Shown: positions 28,614 to 38,506 of the stretch, in pieces
Layout: each line of letters starts with the position of its first letter
How positions within the stretch are numbered: the stretch's first letter is position 1
Source of the DNA: Alphaproteobacteria bacterium
Lineage (GTDB): Bacteria; Pseudomonadota; Alphaproteobacteria; MPNO01
DNA: 64,000 nt
Assembly: GCA_964291675.2 (NCBI GenBank)
Contig: OZ219866.1
Span: 2,592,001 to 2,656,000 of the forward strand
Direction: 5' to 3'
Translations under genes and position numbers: made by a program
The notes under the pieces: generated by a model
Told to the model about the DNA's origin: nothing
The model's database searches: none
The model's input: the letters and a program-made list of their open reading frames with translations, nothing else

Positions 28614-29582
28614 GTGGCGCTGCTCTCGGTGCGCGACCTCTGCGTCTCGTTCGAGACGCCGGACGGCACGGTGAGCGCCGTCGACGGGGTCGATCTCGAC
28701 GTCGAGCCCGGCCGGGCGCTCGGCCTGGTGGGCGAGAGCGGCTCCGGCAAAAGCCAGACGATGTACGCCATCATGGGGCTGCTGGCGAAGAACGGCAGCG
28801 CCACCGGGTCGGTCCGGTTCGACGGGGACGAGCTGCTCGGCCTCGGCGAGGCCGCGCTCGGCCGGTACCGCGCGAGCCGCATCGCCATGGTGTTCCAGGA
28901 CCCGATGACCGCGCTCAACCCCTATATGCGGATCGCCGACCAGATGACCGAGGTGCTGACGCTGCATCGCGGCATGACGCGGCGCGAGGCGCTCGCCGAA
29001 TCGGTCCGCCTGCTGGAGGCGATGGAGGTCCCCGACGCCGCGGCGCGGATCGCCATGTACCCGCACCAGTTCTCCGGCGGCATGCGCCAGCGGGTGCTGA
29101 TCGCCATCGCGCTGGCCTGCCGCCCGCGCCTCCTGATCGCCGACGAGCCGACCACCGCGCTCGACGTGACCGTTCAGGCGCAGATCATGCACCTGCTCGC
29201 CGACATGCGGGCGCGCTTCAGCACGGCGGTGATCCTGGTCACCCACGATGTCGGCGTGGTCGCCGGCAATTGCGACGAGATGGCGGTGCTTTATGGCGGG
29301 CGGGTGATGGAGAGCGGGACGGTCGCGGACATCTTCGCCGGGCCGCGCCACCCCTATACCGCCGGGCTGCTGGAGGCGGTGCCGCGGCTCGACCGGGACG
29401 ACGCGCGCCTGCCCGACATCCCGGGCGAGCCGCCCGATCCCGCCCGCCCGCGGGCGGGATGCCCGTTCGCCGCGCGCTGCAAGCTGGCCGACGAGCTCTG
29501 CGCGCGCGCGGCGCCGGCGCCCGTGCCCTTCCCGGGCGGGCGCCTTGTCGCCTGCCACCGCCCGCTCGGAGCGGCGCCGTGA
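28614..29582 (+). CDS. oppD: oligopeptide ABC ATP-binding protein
   Basis: [37 protein letters not shown]. Confidence 0.92.
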   Translation: MALLSVRDLCVSFETPDGTVSAVDGVDLDVEPGRALGLVGESGSGKSQTMYAIMGLLAKNGSATGSVRFDGDELLGLGEAALGRYRASRIAMVFQDPMTALNPYMRIADQMTEVLTLHRGMTRREALAESVRLLEAMEVPDAAARIAMYPHQFSGGMRQRVLIAIALACRPRLLIADEPTTALDVTVQAQIMHLLADMRARFSTAVILVTHDVGVVAGNCDEMAVLYGGRVMESGTVADIFAGPRHPYTAGLLEAVPRLDRDDARLPDIPGEPPDPARPRAGCPFAARCKLADELCARAAPAPVPFPGGRLVACHRPLGAAP

Positions 29583-30571
29583 GCGCGCTGCTCTCGGTGC
29601 GCGACCTCTCGGTCTCCTTCCCGGTGCGCCCGGCCGGGCTTCGGCCTTGGCAGCGCGCCCGGGAGCTTCGCGCCGTGCGGCAGGTGAGCTTCGACCTCGA
29701 CGCCGGCGAGACCGTCGGCATCGTCGGCGAGAGCGGCTCCGGCAAGTCGACGCTCGCCCGCGCGCTGATCGGCACGATCCCCGCCGCCGGCGGGCGGGCG
29801 CTGTGGCAGGGCGAGGATCTGCTGGCGATGGCGCCGGCCGAGCGCCAGCGCCGCCGCCGCGACATCCAGATGATCTTCCAGGACCCGCTCGCCGCGCTCG
29901 ACCCGAGGATGACCGCGGGCGAGATCGTCGCCGAGCCGCTGGCGACCCACGAGCCCGGCCTGAAGCGCGCCCAACGCCGCGCGCGCGTGGCCCGGACGAT
30001 GGAGCGCGTCGGCCTGCTGCCCGACCATCTCGACCGCTACCCGCACGAATTCTCCGGCGGCCAGTGCCAGCGTATCGCCATCGCCCGGGCGCTGGTCTCG
30101 CGCCCGCGCCTGGTGATCTGCGACGAGCCGGTCTCGGCGCTCGACGTCAGCGTGCAGGCGCAGATCGTCAACCTGCTCGACGACCTCAGGCGCGAGTTCG
30201 GGCTGGCGCTGATCTTCATCGCCCACGACCTCAGCGTGGTGAAGCACATCTCCGACCGGATCATGGTGTTCTATCTCGGCCGGGCGCTGGAATACGCGCC
30301 CGCGCGCGACCTCGTCCGGAGCCCCCGCCACCCCTATACCCGCGCCCTGATCGCCGCCGCGCCGATCCCCGACCCGGCGGTCGAGCGCGGCCGCAGCAGG
30401 ACGCCGCTCGGCGGCGAAGTGCCATCGCCGCTCGCCCCGCCATCCGGCTGCGCCTTCCGCACCCGCTGTGCGATCGCCCGCGAGTCCTGTGCCGGCGAGA
30501 CCCCGGCAATGCAGGAATACGCGCCCGGGCATCTCGCGGCCTGCCCGTTCGGCGGAGCAGCCGGGAGCTGA
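29579..30571 (+). CDS. oppF: oligopeptide ABC ATP-binding protein
   Basis: [37 protein letters not shown]. Confidence 0.92.
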   Translation: MSALLSVRDLSVSFPVRPAGLRPWQRARELRAVRQVSFDLDAGETVGIVGESGSGKSTLARALIGTIPAAGGRALWQGEDLLAMAPAERQRRRRDIQMIFQDPLAALDPRMTAGEIVAEPLATHEPGLKRAQRRARVARTMERVGLLPDHLDRYPHEFSGGQCQRIAIARALVSRPRLVICDEPVSALDVSVQAQIVNLLDDLRREFGLALIFIAHDLSVVKHISDRIMVFYLGRALEYAPARDLVRSPRHPYTRALIAAAPIPDPAVERGRSRTPLGGEVPSPLAPPSGCAFRTRCAIARESCAGETPAMQEYAPGHLAACPFGGAAGS

Positions 30572-31045
30572 CTATTCGACCGCGACCCTGCGCTCGGCCC
30601 TGAGCGGGCGTCCCGCGACCGCGAGGGCGCGGTGGTCGTTCGCGTTCAGGGTGACGGCGACGGTCGCGCCGCCCGGCGGCAGCGCGTCGAGGTGGAACCA
30701 GGGACCGTAGACCCGGGCGATCTTGCGGCCGTCGACATAGACATGGGCATGGCCCTCGCCGGGGCGGTGGGGCGCGTTCGCGCGCTCCGGGGCGAAGCGG
30801 AAATTGGTCGTCGCGATATGCAGGTTCCAGCCCGACCTGGCGTCCCGGTCGACGCCGAGCGCGACCGTCGGCGCGCCCGGGCCGGCCGGCAGGTCGATGG
30901 TCTCTCCGCCATGGGCGTGCCCGGCGGCGGGCGCCGGAGCGTGGTGGTGGCCGTCCAGCGCGACATTGTTGGCGGCGGCGAGGAAGAACCCGATGCCGCC
31001 GCCGAGCGCCAGCCCGATCGCCAGAAGCGCGAGAGAGCGCGGCAT
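30572..31045 (-). CDS. His-rich exported hypothetical protein, putative metal binding
   Basis: N-terminal TM, HHH...HAH, GEGHAHVYVDG, LNANDH. Confidence 0.7.
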   Translation of the reverse strand: MPRSLALLAIGLALGGGIGFFLAAANNVALDGHHHAPAPAAGHAHGGETIDLPAGPGAPTVALGVDRDARSGWNLHIATTNFRFAPERANAPHRPGEGHAHVYVDGRKIARVYGPWFHLDALPPGGATVAVTLNANDHRALAVAGRPLRAERRVAVE

Positions 31046-31047
31046 CG

Positions 31048-31140
31048 TTAGGCGGTGCGCGGGGTGTCCTCCGCCCGCTCGGCCCCGCGCGCCCGGAACT
31101 GCGCCGCGCTCGGCCCGCCGACCGGTATGCGGGAGAACAT
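31048..31140 (-). pseudogene. cbtA: internally deleted copy of cbtA (first ~12 and last ~17 codons only)
   Basis: MFSRIPVGGPS...RAEDTPRTA* versus intact MFSRILVSGLF...RAEDSPRTA* at 38837-39544. Confidence 0.85.
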
Positions 31141-31144
31141 CGCC

Positions 31145-31315
31145 CTAGTGGCAGGGGAAGCCGGCCGCGTGGCGCGTGTCGTGCGCGGCGCCGTGCAGCG
31201 CCGAGGTCTGCGCGTGGCCGGCGAGCGTGACGATGGCAAGCCCGATGAAGGCGCAAAGCGCAATGGCGACGAGATCGGTCGAGGCGAGAACCCGGGTTTG
31301 CGTTTGAGCGGTCAT
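31145..31315 (-). CDS. cbtB: cobalt transporter subunit CbtB (copy 1)
   Basis: One TM plus HGAAHDTRHAAGFPCH; near-identical to 38663-38833. Confidence 0.88.
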   Translation of the reverse strand: MTAQTQTRVLASTDLVAIALCAFIGLAIVTLAGHAQTSALHGAAHDTRHAAGFPCH

Positions 31316-31408
31316 GCGCATCTCCGTCGTGTCATCGGCGGGCTTCGCCGCGCCCGCTAGCAATAGCCTTTCGCTCCGAACCCGGTCAAGCGCCGGCCGC
31401 GCCTCGCC

Positions 31409-32734
31409 TCAGCATTCGCGGGCGATGGCGTGGAAAAACGTTCCCGTGACGTTGCCGCGCCGCCCGCCGCCCGGTCCGAGCGCGCGCCCCTCGCCGTCGG
31501 ACAGGTCGAGAAAGGACCGGTCCGCCGCCGCGTCCGGCATTGTCGCGTAGTGGAACTCGTGGCCGCGCACCGCCGTGCCGGCGGGCCCCAGGACGCAGTC
31601 CCCGGCGGTCACCGCGCGGCGATAGCCGAGATGCAGCCTGCGCTCGCGAAAGCTCGTGCTGTGCCCCATCAGCCCGGCCATGGCGTGGGTGTTGCCGTCC
31701 GCGTCCTCCAGCGCCTGCCCCAGCACCATGTAGCCGCCGCACTCGCCATGCACCGGCCGGGTCTCGGCGAACTCCCGGAGCCCGCCGAGGAAATTGTCCG
31801 CCGCGGCGATCCGCCCGGCATGCAGCTCGGGATAGCCGCCCGGCAGCCAGCAGCAGTCGCAGCCCGGCGGCGGCGGCTGGTCGGCGAGCGGCGAGAAGCG
31901 GACGATCTCCGCGCCGAGCCGCCGCCAGCCCGCCGCCATCTGCGGGTAGAAGAAGGAGAACGCCGCGTCGTCGGCGAGCGCGATGCGCTGGCCCGGCGGG
32001 TCGAGCGGGCGGGTGTCGAAATTTTCGCCGCGCGGCGCGTTCAGCGGCGGGCGGGCCAGGGATTCCAGGCGGTCGAGGTCGACGGTCTCGGCGACCTGGC
32101 CGGCCAGGGCGTCGACCTGCCGCGCGAGATCATGCCGCTCGCGCGCCTGGACCAGCCCGAGATGGCGGTCCGGGAAGGCGAGATCGGGGCGCCTGGGCAG
32201 CCAGCCGAGACATGCGATCCCGGCGGCGGCGAGGCCCTCGGACGCAGTGCGCAGATGGCGCTCGCTCGCCACCCCGTTGAGGATCGCGCCCCCGAGCTCG
32301 AGGCGCGGATCGAACGCCGCGAACCCGGCGGCGACGGCGCCCGCCGAGCGCCCCTGGCCGGCGATGTCGATCGCCAGCACGACCGGGATGCCGAAGCCGA
32401 TGGCGACGTCGGACGCCGCGCCTGACCGCCCGTCGCGCCCGGCGACGCCGTCGAACAGCCCCATCGCCGACTCGATCACCAGCATCCCGCCCGGCTCGGC
32501 GGCGGATCGCAATACCGCCGCGACGTGGCCGGGCGACATCGCCCAGCTGTCGATATTGGCGCAATCGGCGCCGCTGGCGGCGGCGTGGAAGGCGGGATCG
32601 ATGTAGTCCGGCCCGCATTTGAGCGCGCCCACCCGCCGCCCGCGCCGCCCGAGCGCCGCGATCAGACCGACTGCCAGCGTGGTCTTGCCGGCCCCGGATC
32701 GCGGCGCGGCGACCATCAGCGCCCGCGCGCTCAA
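31409..32734 (-). CDS. cobB: hydrogenobyrinate/cobyrinate a,c-diamide synthase
   Basis: APRSGAGKTT, KCGPDYIDP, RHLGLV, PGGYPEL, GECGGY, GHEFHY; TTG start overlaps the cobA stop. Confidence 0.92.
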   Translation of the reverse strand: MSARALMVAAPRSGAGKTTLAVGLIAALGRRGRRVGALKCGPDYIDPAFHAAASGADCANIDSWAMSPGHVAAVLRSAAEPGGMLVIESAMGLFDGVAGRDGRSGAASDVAIGFGIPVVLAIDIAGQGRSAGAVAAGFAAFDPRLELGGAILNGVASERHLRTASEGLAAAGIACLGWLPRRPDLAFPDRHLGLVQARERHDLARQVDALAGQVAETVDLDRLESLARPPLNAPRGENFDTRPLDPPGQRIALADDAAFSFFYPQMAAGWRRLGAEIVRFSPLADQPPPPGCDCCWLPGGYPELHAGRIAAADNFLGGLREFAETRPVHGECGGYMVLGQALEDADGNTHAMAGLMGHSTSFRERRLHLGYRRAVTAGDCVLGPAGTAVRGHEFHYATMPDAAADRSFLDLSDGEGRALGPGGGRRGNVTGTFFHAIAREC

Positions 32735-33540
32735 GCCAGCGCCCCCGCGAACGCCGGAGCGAGCCGCAGCAAGCGCCGGCGCAGGTTGACGATCTCGCCG
32801 ATGACGACGACCGCCGGCGGCTCGATCGGGTGACGCTCCCGGTCGCGGCAGACCGTGCCCAGGGTGGAGACCAGAATGTCCTCGTCCGACCGGGTGGCCG
32901 ACGAGATCACCGCGAGCGGGGTCTCCGGCGCCATGCCGCCGGCGATCAGCGCCCCGGCGATGCGCTCCAGCCGGCGCAGCGCCATGTAGAGCACCAGCGG
33001 CTGACCCAGCCGGGCGAGCGCCGCCCAGTCGGTCTCCTCGGCCTCCGGGGCGGCATGTCCGGTGGCCAGCACCACCGCCCGGTTCACGTCCCGCAGCGTG
33101 GCCGGGATGGTCGCCACCGCCATCGCCGCCAGCCCCGCCGTGACGCCCGGGATTATCCTGAACGGGATCCCCGCCTCGGCGAGGTTCAGCATCTCCTCCC
33201 CGCCGCGGCCGAACACCATCGGGTCGCCCCCCTTGAGGCGCAGCACGCGGCGGCCTCGCCCCGCCAGCGCGATCATGCGGGCCGAGACCGCGTCGCGGTC
33301 GATGGCGTGCTCGCCCGCCCGCTTGCCGGAATAGATGCGCTCGGCTTCGGGGCGCGCGAGGTCGAGAATGCGCCCGTCGATCAGCGCATCGTGCAGCACC
33401 GCATCGGCCTGTTGCAGCGCGCGCAGCGCGTTCACCGTGAGATAGCCCGGATCGCCCGGCCCGGCGCCGACCAGCCACACCGTGCCGGGCTCGAAGACCG
33501 GGCAGTTGTCCAGCATGGACTCCAGCCGCTCGCCGATCAT
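32731..33540 (-). CDS. cobA: uroporphyrinogen-III C-methyltransferase (SUMT)
   Basis: VGAGPGDP, RLKGGDPMVFGRGGEE, PGVTA. Confidence 0.92.
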   Translation of the reverse strand: MIGERLESMLDNCPVFEPGTVWLVGAGPGDPGYLTVNALRALQQADAVLHDALIDGRILDLARPEAERIYSGKRAGEHAIDRDAVSARMIALAGRGRRVLRLKGGDPMVFGRGGEEMLNLAEAGIPFRIIPGVTAGLAAMAVATIPATLRDVNRAVVLATGHAAPEAEETDWAALARLGQPLVLYMALRRLERIAGALIAGGMAPETPLAVISSATRSDEDILVSTLGTVCRDRERHPIEPPAVVVIGEIVNLRRRLLRLAPAFAGALA

Positions 33541-33593
33541 CGGTCCCCCCGCCCCGGGTGACAGCGTCGCGCCGATACCCTATCTCCGGCACC

Positions 33594-34664
33594 ATGGTAC
33601 GCGATTCCGGGCTGCGCCGCGGCTGGACCACCGGCGCTTGCGCCACCGCGGCGGCCAAGTCGGCCTACGGCGCCCTCCTGACCGGGACGTTCGAGGACCC
33701 GGTGACCATCGCCTTGCCGCGCGGCGCGAGCGCCGCCTTCGCGCTCGCCGGGCACCGTCTGGCCGACGGCGCGGCGACCGCTTCGGTGGTCAAGGATGCC
33801 GGCGACGACCCCGACGTGACCCATGGCGCGCTCATCGAGGCGACGGTGCGCGAGTCCCCCGGTGGGCTCCGCTTCCGCGCCGGGCCCGGCGTCGGCACGG
33901 CGACCAAGCCCGGCCTGCCGGTCGAGCCCGGCGAGCCCGCGATCAACCCGGTGCCGCGCCGGATGATCGCCGCCGCCATCGCCGAGGTTGCGGCGGCGCA
34001 CGGCGTCGCCGGCGACGTCGAGGTCGAGATCGCCATCCCCGGCGGCGAGGCGCTGGCGCAGAAGACGATGAACCCGAGGCTCGGGATCGTCGGCGGGCTT
34101 TCCATCCTCGGCACCACGGGGATCGTCGTCCCCTATTCCTGCGCCGCCTGGATCCACTCGATCTACAGCGGCATCGACGTGGCGCGAGCGACCGGGCTCG
34201 ACCACGTCGCGGGCGCCACAGGGGCGACCTCCGAGGCGGCGGTGCAGCGCTACTACGGCCTCTCGGAATCGGCGCTGATCGACATGGGCGATTTCGTCGG
34301 CGGCATGCTCAAATATTTGCGCAGGCACCCGGTGCCGCGCGTCACGATTGCCGGCGGGGTGGCGAAGATGACCAAGCTCGCCCAGGGCCGGCTCGACCTG
34401 CACTCGCGCAAGGGCGCCGTCGACCTCGCCGCCCTCGCCGCGGTGGCGCGGGACATGGGGGCAGGCGAGGCGGCGGCCGATTCCATCGCCAATGCCAACA
34501 CCGCGGCGCTCGCTTTCCGCATCGCCGAAGCGGAAGGGCTGGCGCTGGGCGACGCGATCGCCGGCGCCGCCCGCCGCCAGGCCGCCGCCGTGGTCGCCGG
34601 GTCGGGGATCGTGATCGACGTGCTGCTGTTCGACCGCGATGCCAGGCTGGTCGGGAAGGGCTGA
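33594..34664 (+). CDS. cbiD: cobalt-precorrin-5B C1-methyltransferase
   Basis: LRRGWTTGACA, KDAGDDPDVTHG, AINPVPR, GGLSILGTTGIV. Confidence 0.93.
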   Translation: MVRDSGLRRGWTTGACATAAAKSAYGALLTGTFEDPVTIALPRGASAAFALAGHRLADGAATASVVKDAGDDPDVTHGALIEATVRESPGGLRFRAGPGVGTATKPGLPVEPGEPAINPVPRRMIAAAIAEVAAAHGVAGDVEVEIAIPGGEALAQKTMNPRLGIVGGLSILGTTGIVVPYSCAAWIHSIYSGIDVARATGLDHVAGATGATSEAAVQRYYGLSESALIDMGDFVGGMLKYLRRHPVPRVTIAGGVAKMTKLAQGRLDLHSRKGAVDLAALAAVARDMGAGEAAADSIANANTAALAFRIAEAEGLALGDAIAGAARRQAAAVVAGSGIVIDVLLFDRDARLVGKG

Positions 34665-34804
34665 CCCGGGTTTCTCGCCAGTGGCTGCCGCAAGCCCTCT
34701 GCCTCTTGCGATCCCGCCAATCATGGTCCGCGTTGACCCCTGAATTCCGATGTCCTGCGCATGCGGTTCGACGACCGGTATTCGGGCCGGCCGGAGGACG
34801 GGCG

Positions 34805-34921
34805 ATGCCGAGGCGGAGCGCGCTTCGGCTCGCCAGGCGGATTGTGGAACGGCCGGAGGCCGACGGCAAGGACGCGAAGTTCCGGGACCGCGACCCCGCC
34901 GGCTTCGGCGTCAGGGTCCTC
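34805..34921 (+). pseudogene. 5' remnant of a tyrosine integrase (arm-type DNA-binding domain), interrupted by the IS1-family element
   Basis: MPRRS...RRIVE...DGKDA.FRDRDPAGFGVRV resembles the arm-domain motif WDRDL.GFGVRV. Confidence 0.6.
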
Positions 34922-35005
34922 GGTAGTGCGTCAGTTTGAAATCTGGCCTGTCGCGTCCCGACCCCGCATCCCATATGCTTAGCGGGAAGCATTGGAGGGT
35001 CGGAC

Positions 35006-35245
35006 ATGCCCAAAGGACCGCAAGGCCAGAAGCGCCCGCGCGATGTCGTCTCGAACGCCGTCAAGGTCATGCGGATCGCAACCGGCGAGGAAGAGGAAGA
35101 GTTCGAGGACGATGGCAAGGACCCGGCGGCCAAGGCCCTAGGTGCAAAGGGCGGCGAGGCCCGGGCAAGAAATCTGAACAAACAGCAACGATCAAAAATA
35201 GCGCGCAATGCGGCCAATGCGCGATGGCGCAAGCTGAGGGACTAG
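35006..35245 (+). CDS. small basic protein at the IS1-element left end
   Basis: GGAGG RBS; MPKGPQGQKRPRDV...IATGE...LGAKGGEARA...AANARW. Confidence 0.8.
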   Translation: MPKGPQGQKRPRDVVSNAVKVMRIATGEEEEEFEDDGKDPAAKALGAKGGEARARNLNKQQRSKIARNAANARWRKLRD

Positions 35246-36303
35246 AGCATTATCCGATCATTTACGGTCGTAACCTGCGGCGGCGAAGTAGTTTTGGCAT
35301 TCGCCGGGGGTGTAGGTGTCGATGGCCTGGGCGATGGCGTCGGCGAGTTCGGTGACGGTGCGGGCGGCGCTGCGCTTGAGGCAGGCTTTGAACTTGGAGT
35401 AGGCCATCTCGATCGGGTTGAGGTCGGGCGAGTAGGGCGGCAGGAAGCGCAGCTCGGCACCGGCGCTGTGGATGGCCTGGCGCACGGCGGCGCCGCGGTG
35501 GACGTTGAGGTTGTCCATGACCACGATGTCGCCGGGCTTGAGCGCGGGCGCCAGCACCTGCTCGACATAGGCCAGGAAAGCGGCCCCGTACATGGCGCCG
35601 TCGAGCGTCATCGGGGCGGTCATGCCGCTGCGCCGCAAGGCGCCGACGAAGGTGGTGGTCTTCCAGTGCCCGTGCGGCACCGATGCGCGGCAGCGCTGGC
35701 CGCGCAGCGCCCGGCCGCATCGCCTGGCCATCTTGGTCGACGCCCCGGTCTCGTCGACGAAGACCAGCCTGTCGGGGTCGAGGCCGGGCTGGGCCTCGAA
35801 CCAGGCGCGGCGGCGGCGCATCACATCCGCACGCTGCTGCTCGCTGGCATGCGCGGTTTTTTTTTGAACGTGATGCCGCGGCGGTGGAAGAAGCGCCACA
35901 CCGTGCTCTGCGAGACCCGCAGTCCGTGCGCGTCCTCCAGATGCACCGCGATCTCCGCCAGCGTCAGGTCCGGCGTCTCCTCGATCAGCGCGAGGAGCGC
36001 CGCCGCATGCGCCTCGATGCGCTGCGAGCGCCGGTCGCCGCCCTGCCGCCCGGGACGATGGCTCCCGGTCCGCTGCCACGCATCCACCCACTTGATCGCC
36101 GTCGACGGCGCGACCCCGAACTGCTTCGCCGCGCCGCGCCGCGACATGCCGCCTTCCACCACCGCCGCCACCACGCGGCGACGCAGATCGTTCGAAAGAG
36201 CTCGTGCCATACAGGCTGGCCTCCTTCACCAGCCCGCAGTTTGGACCACGAATCGCAAACCCTTGGAAATTCACAATTGATTCAACTAGATAGGATAGTG
36301 CTC
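35245..36303 (-). mobile_element. IS630-family insertion sequence
   Basis: TIRs GAGCATTATCCGATC and revcomp GAGCACTATCCTATC; TA duplication at 35243-35244 and 36304-36305 in a CTAG context. Confidence 0.9.
35258..36210 (-). CDS. IS630 transposase, two ORFs joined by a -1 frameshift at an A9 run
   Basis: orf[14 protein letters not shown]...TFKKK; orfB KKTAHA...[23 protein letters not shown]; T9 on the + strand at 35857-35865. Confidence 0.9.
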
Positions 36304-36746
36304 TAGAAGGATTTCCTGTCGGCGCGCGGTCTCTCCATGTACGCGCAGGCCGTTCCGTATATTGGGCTTGTCAGCCCCTCCAAGGTGGTGTGAGTAATGT
36401 CCACGCCTTCTCCAAGCTTGCTGCTCCACCTGCCATCTTCCAACTGCCATGCCACATGCGTCGGCTCGCCACGTGCATGTGCGTAGATGGCAATCTTTTC
36501 CGTTTGGGGTTTTAGATTGCAATCCTCACAACGCTCATAACCGAGCGTCTGGAATGCAGCAACGATCGCCTCGATTGTCCATTCTCGGGGCGCGCTTCTG
36601 GGCCAATAGAACACCCCTATGGGGTCAGGCTCCCACCATCGCTCGATGTCGTCTGCTGCCCAGGCCACGCAGTTGTAGCTGATGGACGCAGGGCTCGTTG
36701 TCTCGTAACCCTCCGTTCGAAGGGCCGGGAACATATCAAGCATCAC
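36303..36746 (-). CDS. hypothetical protein with candidate Cys-His dyad (papain/NlpC-like fold suspected)
   Basis: YNCVAWA...EKIAIY...[18 protein letters not shown]; GTGA coupling to the upstream gene. Confidence 0.7.
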   Translation of the reverse strand: MMLDMFPALRTEGYETTSPASISYNCVAWAADDIERWWEPDPIGVFYWPRSAPREWTIEAIVAAFQTLGYERCEDCNLKPQTEKIAIYAHARGEPTHVAWQLEDGRWSSKLGEGVDITHTTLEGLTSPIYGTACAYMERPRADRKSF

Positions 36747-37150
36747 TCAAGGTGGATATTTACCCGTTCCGCCCATTGCAGCCACTCATCAATCAATTTG
36801 TGTGGCTTGCCCATAGGACCGACAGGCATCGGTCCATCCTTCACTATGAGATGAAGGGCGATGAAAAGGAAATCCCGATGGTTCCGCAGCTCTTCAATGA
36901 TCCATGGGACGGCCAATTCTCCCATTTCCACGATTTCTTTGAAAGCGGGATGGTTAGATTTGGCAGTCACCGAAGACAGATAGTACGTGTCAGATCGCCA
37001 TTGCCGCACCAGGCGGCGAAACCGACGCACGCGATACGGGCCGACCGCGCTGGATATATCGATGTAGCCGTGCCGTTGGCTTTGTATGCCTTCGACCCGC
37101 TGCGCATATGGAACACTCCAATCAGGTTGCGATGCCGTAGCCGTACTCAC
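36743..37150 (-). CDS. hypothetical helical protein
   Basis: FRRLVRQWRSDT..LSS...HPAFKEIVEMGELAVPWII...WLQWA; tightly coupled to its neighbours. Confidence 0.7.
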   Translation of the reverse strand: MSTATASQPDWSVPYAQRVEGIQSQRHGYIDISSAVGPYRVRRFRRLVRQWRSDTYYLSSVTAKSNHPAFKEIVEMGELAVPWIIEELRNHRDFLFIALHLIVKDGPMPVGPMGKPHKLIDEWLQWAERVNIHLE

Positions 37151-37151
37151 C

Positions 37152-37523
37152 TTAGTTCCCCGTTGATCGTTCCGTGTTGCGGCTCTCCCACTCAGCTATC
37201 TTTTCGCCAAGCCACTGGTGAAGGCTGCGTGCGACGCCAATGGTGACGAATACGTCTACATCCATCTCACGCACGATTGCATCTCGGGCGACTGTCTCAT
37301 TCGGCAGCACGGCGCCCAGCCCACCTTCTTCCATCTGATGCACAAGGCGCCTCGGAATGGGGTGACGTTCGGTATATAGGGCGAAATGAATATTGCCCGT
37401 AGGGGTCAAGCCACCAATGGCGCCGTCAGCCCGGACCACTCGGAAATGCTGGCTCTTGATGTAGTCGAAGGCAACGCGGTTCCCCGCGTCGCCGTTGCCC
37501 CCGCTATGCTCATCGCCAGCCAT
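37152..37523 (-). CDS. hypothetical protein
   Basis: FDYIKSQHFRVVRADGAIGGLTPTG...ERHPIP...VREMDV; first gene of the cargo operon. Confidence 0.7.
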   Translation of the reverse strand: MAGDEHSGGNGDAGNRVAFDYIKSQHFRVVRADGAIGGLTPTGNIHFALYTERHPIPRRLVHQMEEGGLGAVLPNETVARDAIVREMDVDVFVTIGVARSLHQWLGEKIAEWESRNTERSTGN

Positions 37524-37584
37524 CCGGCGGATGGTGCCCGGAGGGACCGTCGCTGACAAGCGAAAAGCTATCTTCAGCTATTAC

Positions 37585-37613
37585 TTGACGGTAAGCATTG
37601 TAGTTCATATATA
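37585..37613 (+). promoter_or_regulatory. sigma70-type promoter of the IS1 transposase
   Basis: TTGACG-N17-TATATA, 8 nt before ATG 37622. Confidence 0.6.
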
Positions 37614-37621
37614 TATGAGGC

Positions 37622-38506
37622 ATGAACAAATTGCCTCTGAAAACCCGCGCCCTGATCCTGAACATGCTCTGCGAAGGCCAGTCCATGCGGGCGACCGCGC
37701 GGCTCGCGGACGTGAGCTTCAACACTGTCGCGAAGCTGTTGGTCGACGCGGGCAAGGTCTGTGCCGATCTGCATGACGAGATGGTGCAGGGCGTCACCGC
37801 CAGCCGCATCCAGTGCGACGAAATCTGGTCGTTCACCCACGCCAAGCAGAAGAACGTCCCGAATGCCAAGGCCGCCCCGGCGGAGGCCGGCGACACCTGG
37901 ACCTGGACGGCTCTGGGCAGCGACAGCAAGCTGATCGTGTCATGGCTGGTCGGCGGACGTGATGGCGAGTACGCGATTGCCTTCATGGACGATCTGCGGT
38001 CTCGGCTGGCGAACCGGGTCCAACTGACCACGAACGGCCACAAGGCGTATCTGGAGGCCGTCGAGGGCGCGTTCGGCGGCGACGTGGACTACGCCCAGCT
38101 CGTCAAGCTGTACGGCGATGCCCCGCAGACCGAAGCCCGCTACAGCCCGCGCGCGTGCATCGGAGCTCGCAAACGGGCCATCGAAGGGAAGCCGGTCCGG
38201 GCCGATGTCTCGACCAGCCATGTCGAGCGGCACAATCTGAGCATGCGGATGCACATGCGCCGCTTCACGCGGCTGACCGATGCGTTCTCCAAGAAGTTCG
38301 AGAACCACATGCACATGGTTGCGCTCTATACCGCCTGGTACAACTTCATCCGCATCCACAAGACCCTGAAGGTCACGCCGGCGATGGAAGCCGGTCTGAG
38401 CAACACCGTTTGGGCCATGGAAGACCTGGTGAGGATCGTGGACGAGCGGGCACCGAAGCCCGGCCCCCGTGGCCCCTACAAGAAGCGGGCGGCGAATTCA
38501 GACTGA
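37622..38506 (+). CDS. IS1-family DDE transposase (second Asp replaced by Asn)
   Basis: HTH, IQCDEIWSF, QLTTNGHKAY, VERHNLSMR...RRFTRLT..FSKK, YNFIR.H..TPAMEAG; stop lies within the right TIR. Confidence 0.88.
   Translation: MNKLPLKTRALILNMLCEGQSMRATARLADVSFNTVAKLLVDAGKVCADLHDEMVQGVTASRIQCDEIWSFTHAKQKNVPNAKAAPAEAGDTWTWTALGSDSKLIVSWLVGGRDGEYAIAFMDDLRSRLANRVQLTTNGHKAYLEAVEGAFGGDVDYAQLVKLYGDAPQTEARYSPRACIGARKRAIEGKPVRADVSTSHVERHNLSMRMHMRRFTRLTDAFSKKFENHMHMVALYTAWYNFIRIHKTLKVTPAMEAGLSNTVWAMEDLVRIVDERAPKPGPRGPYKKRAANSD

Noticed and set aside
35857-35865. IS630 transposase as a frameshifted pseudogene
   Set aside because: An A-rich slippery run at the orfA/orfB junction is the normal programmed arrangement in this family
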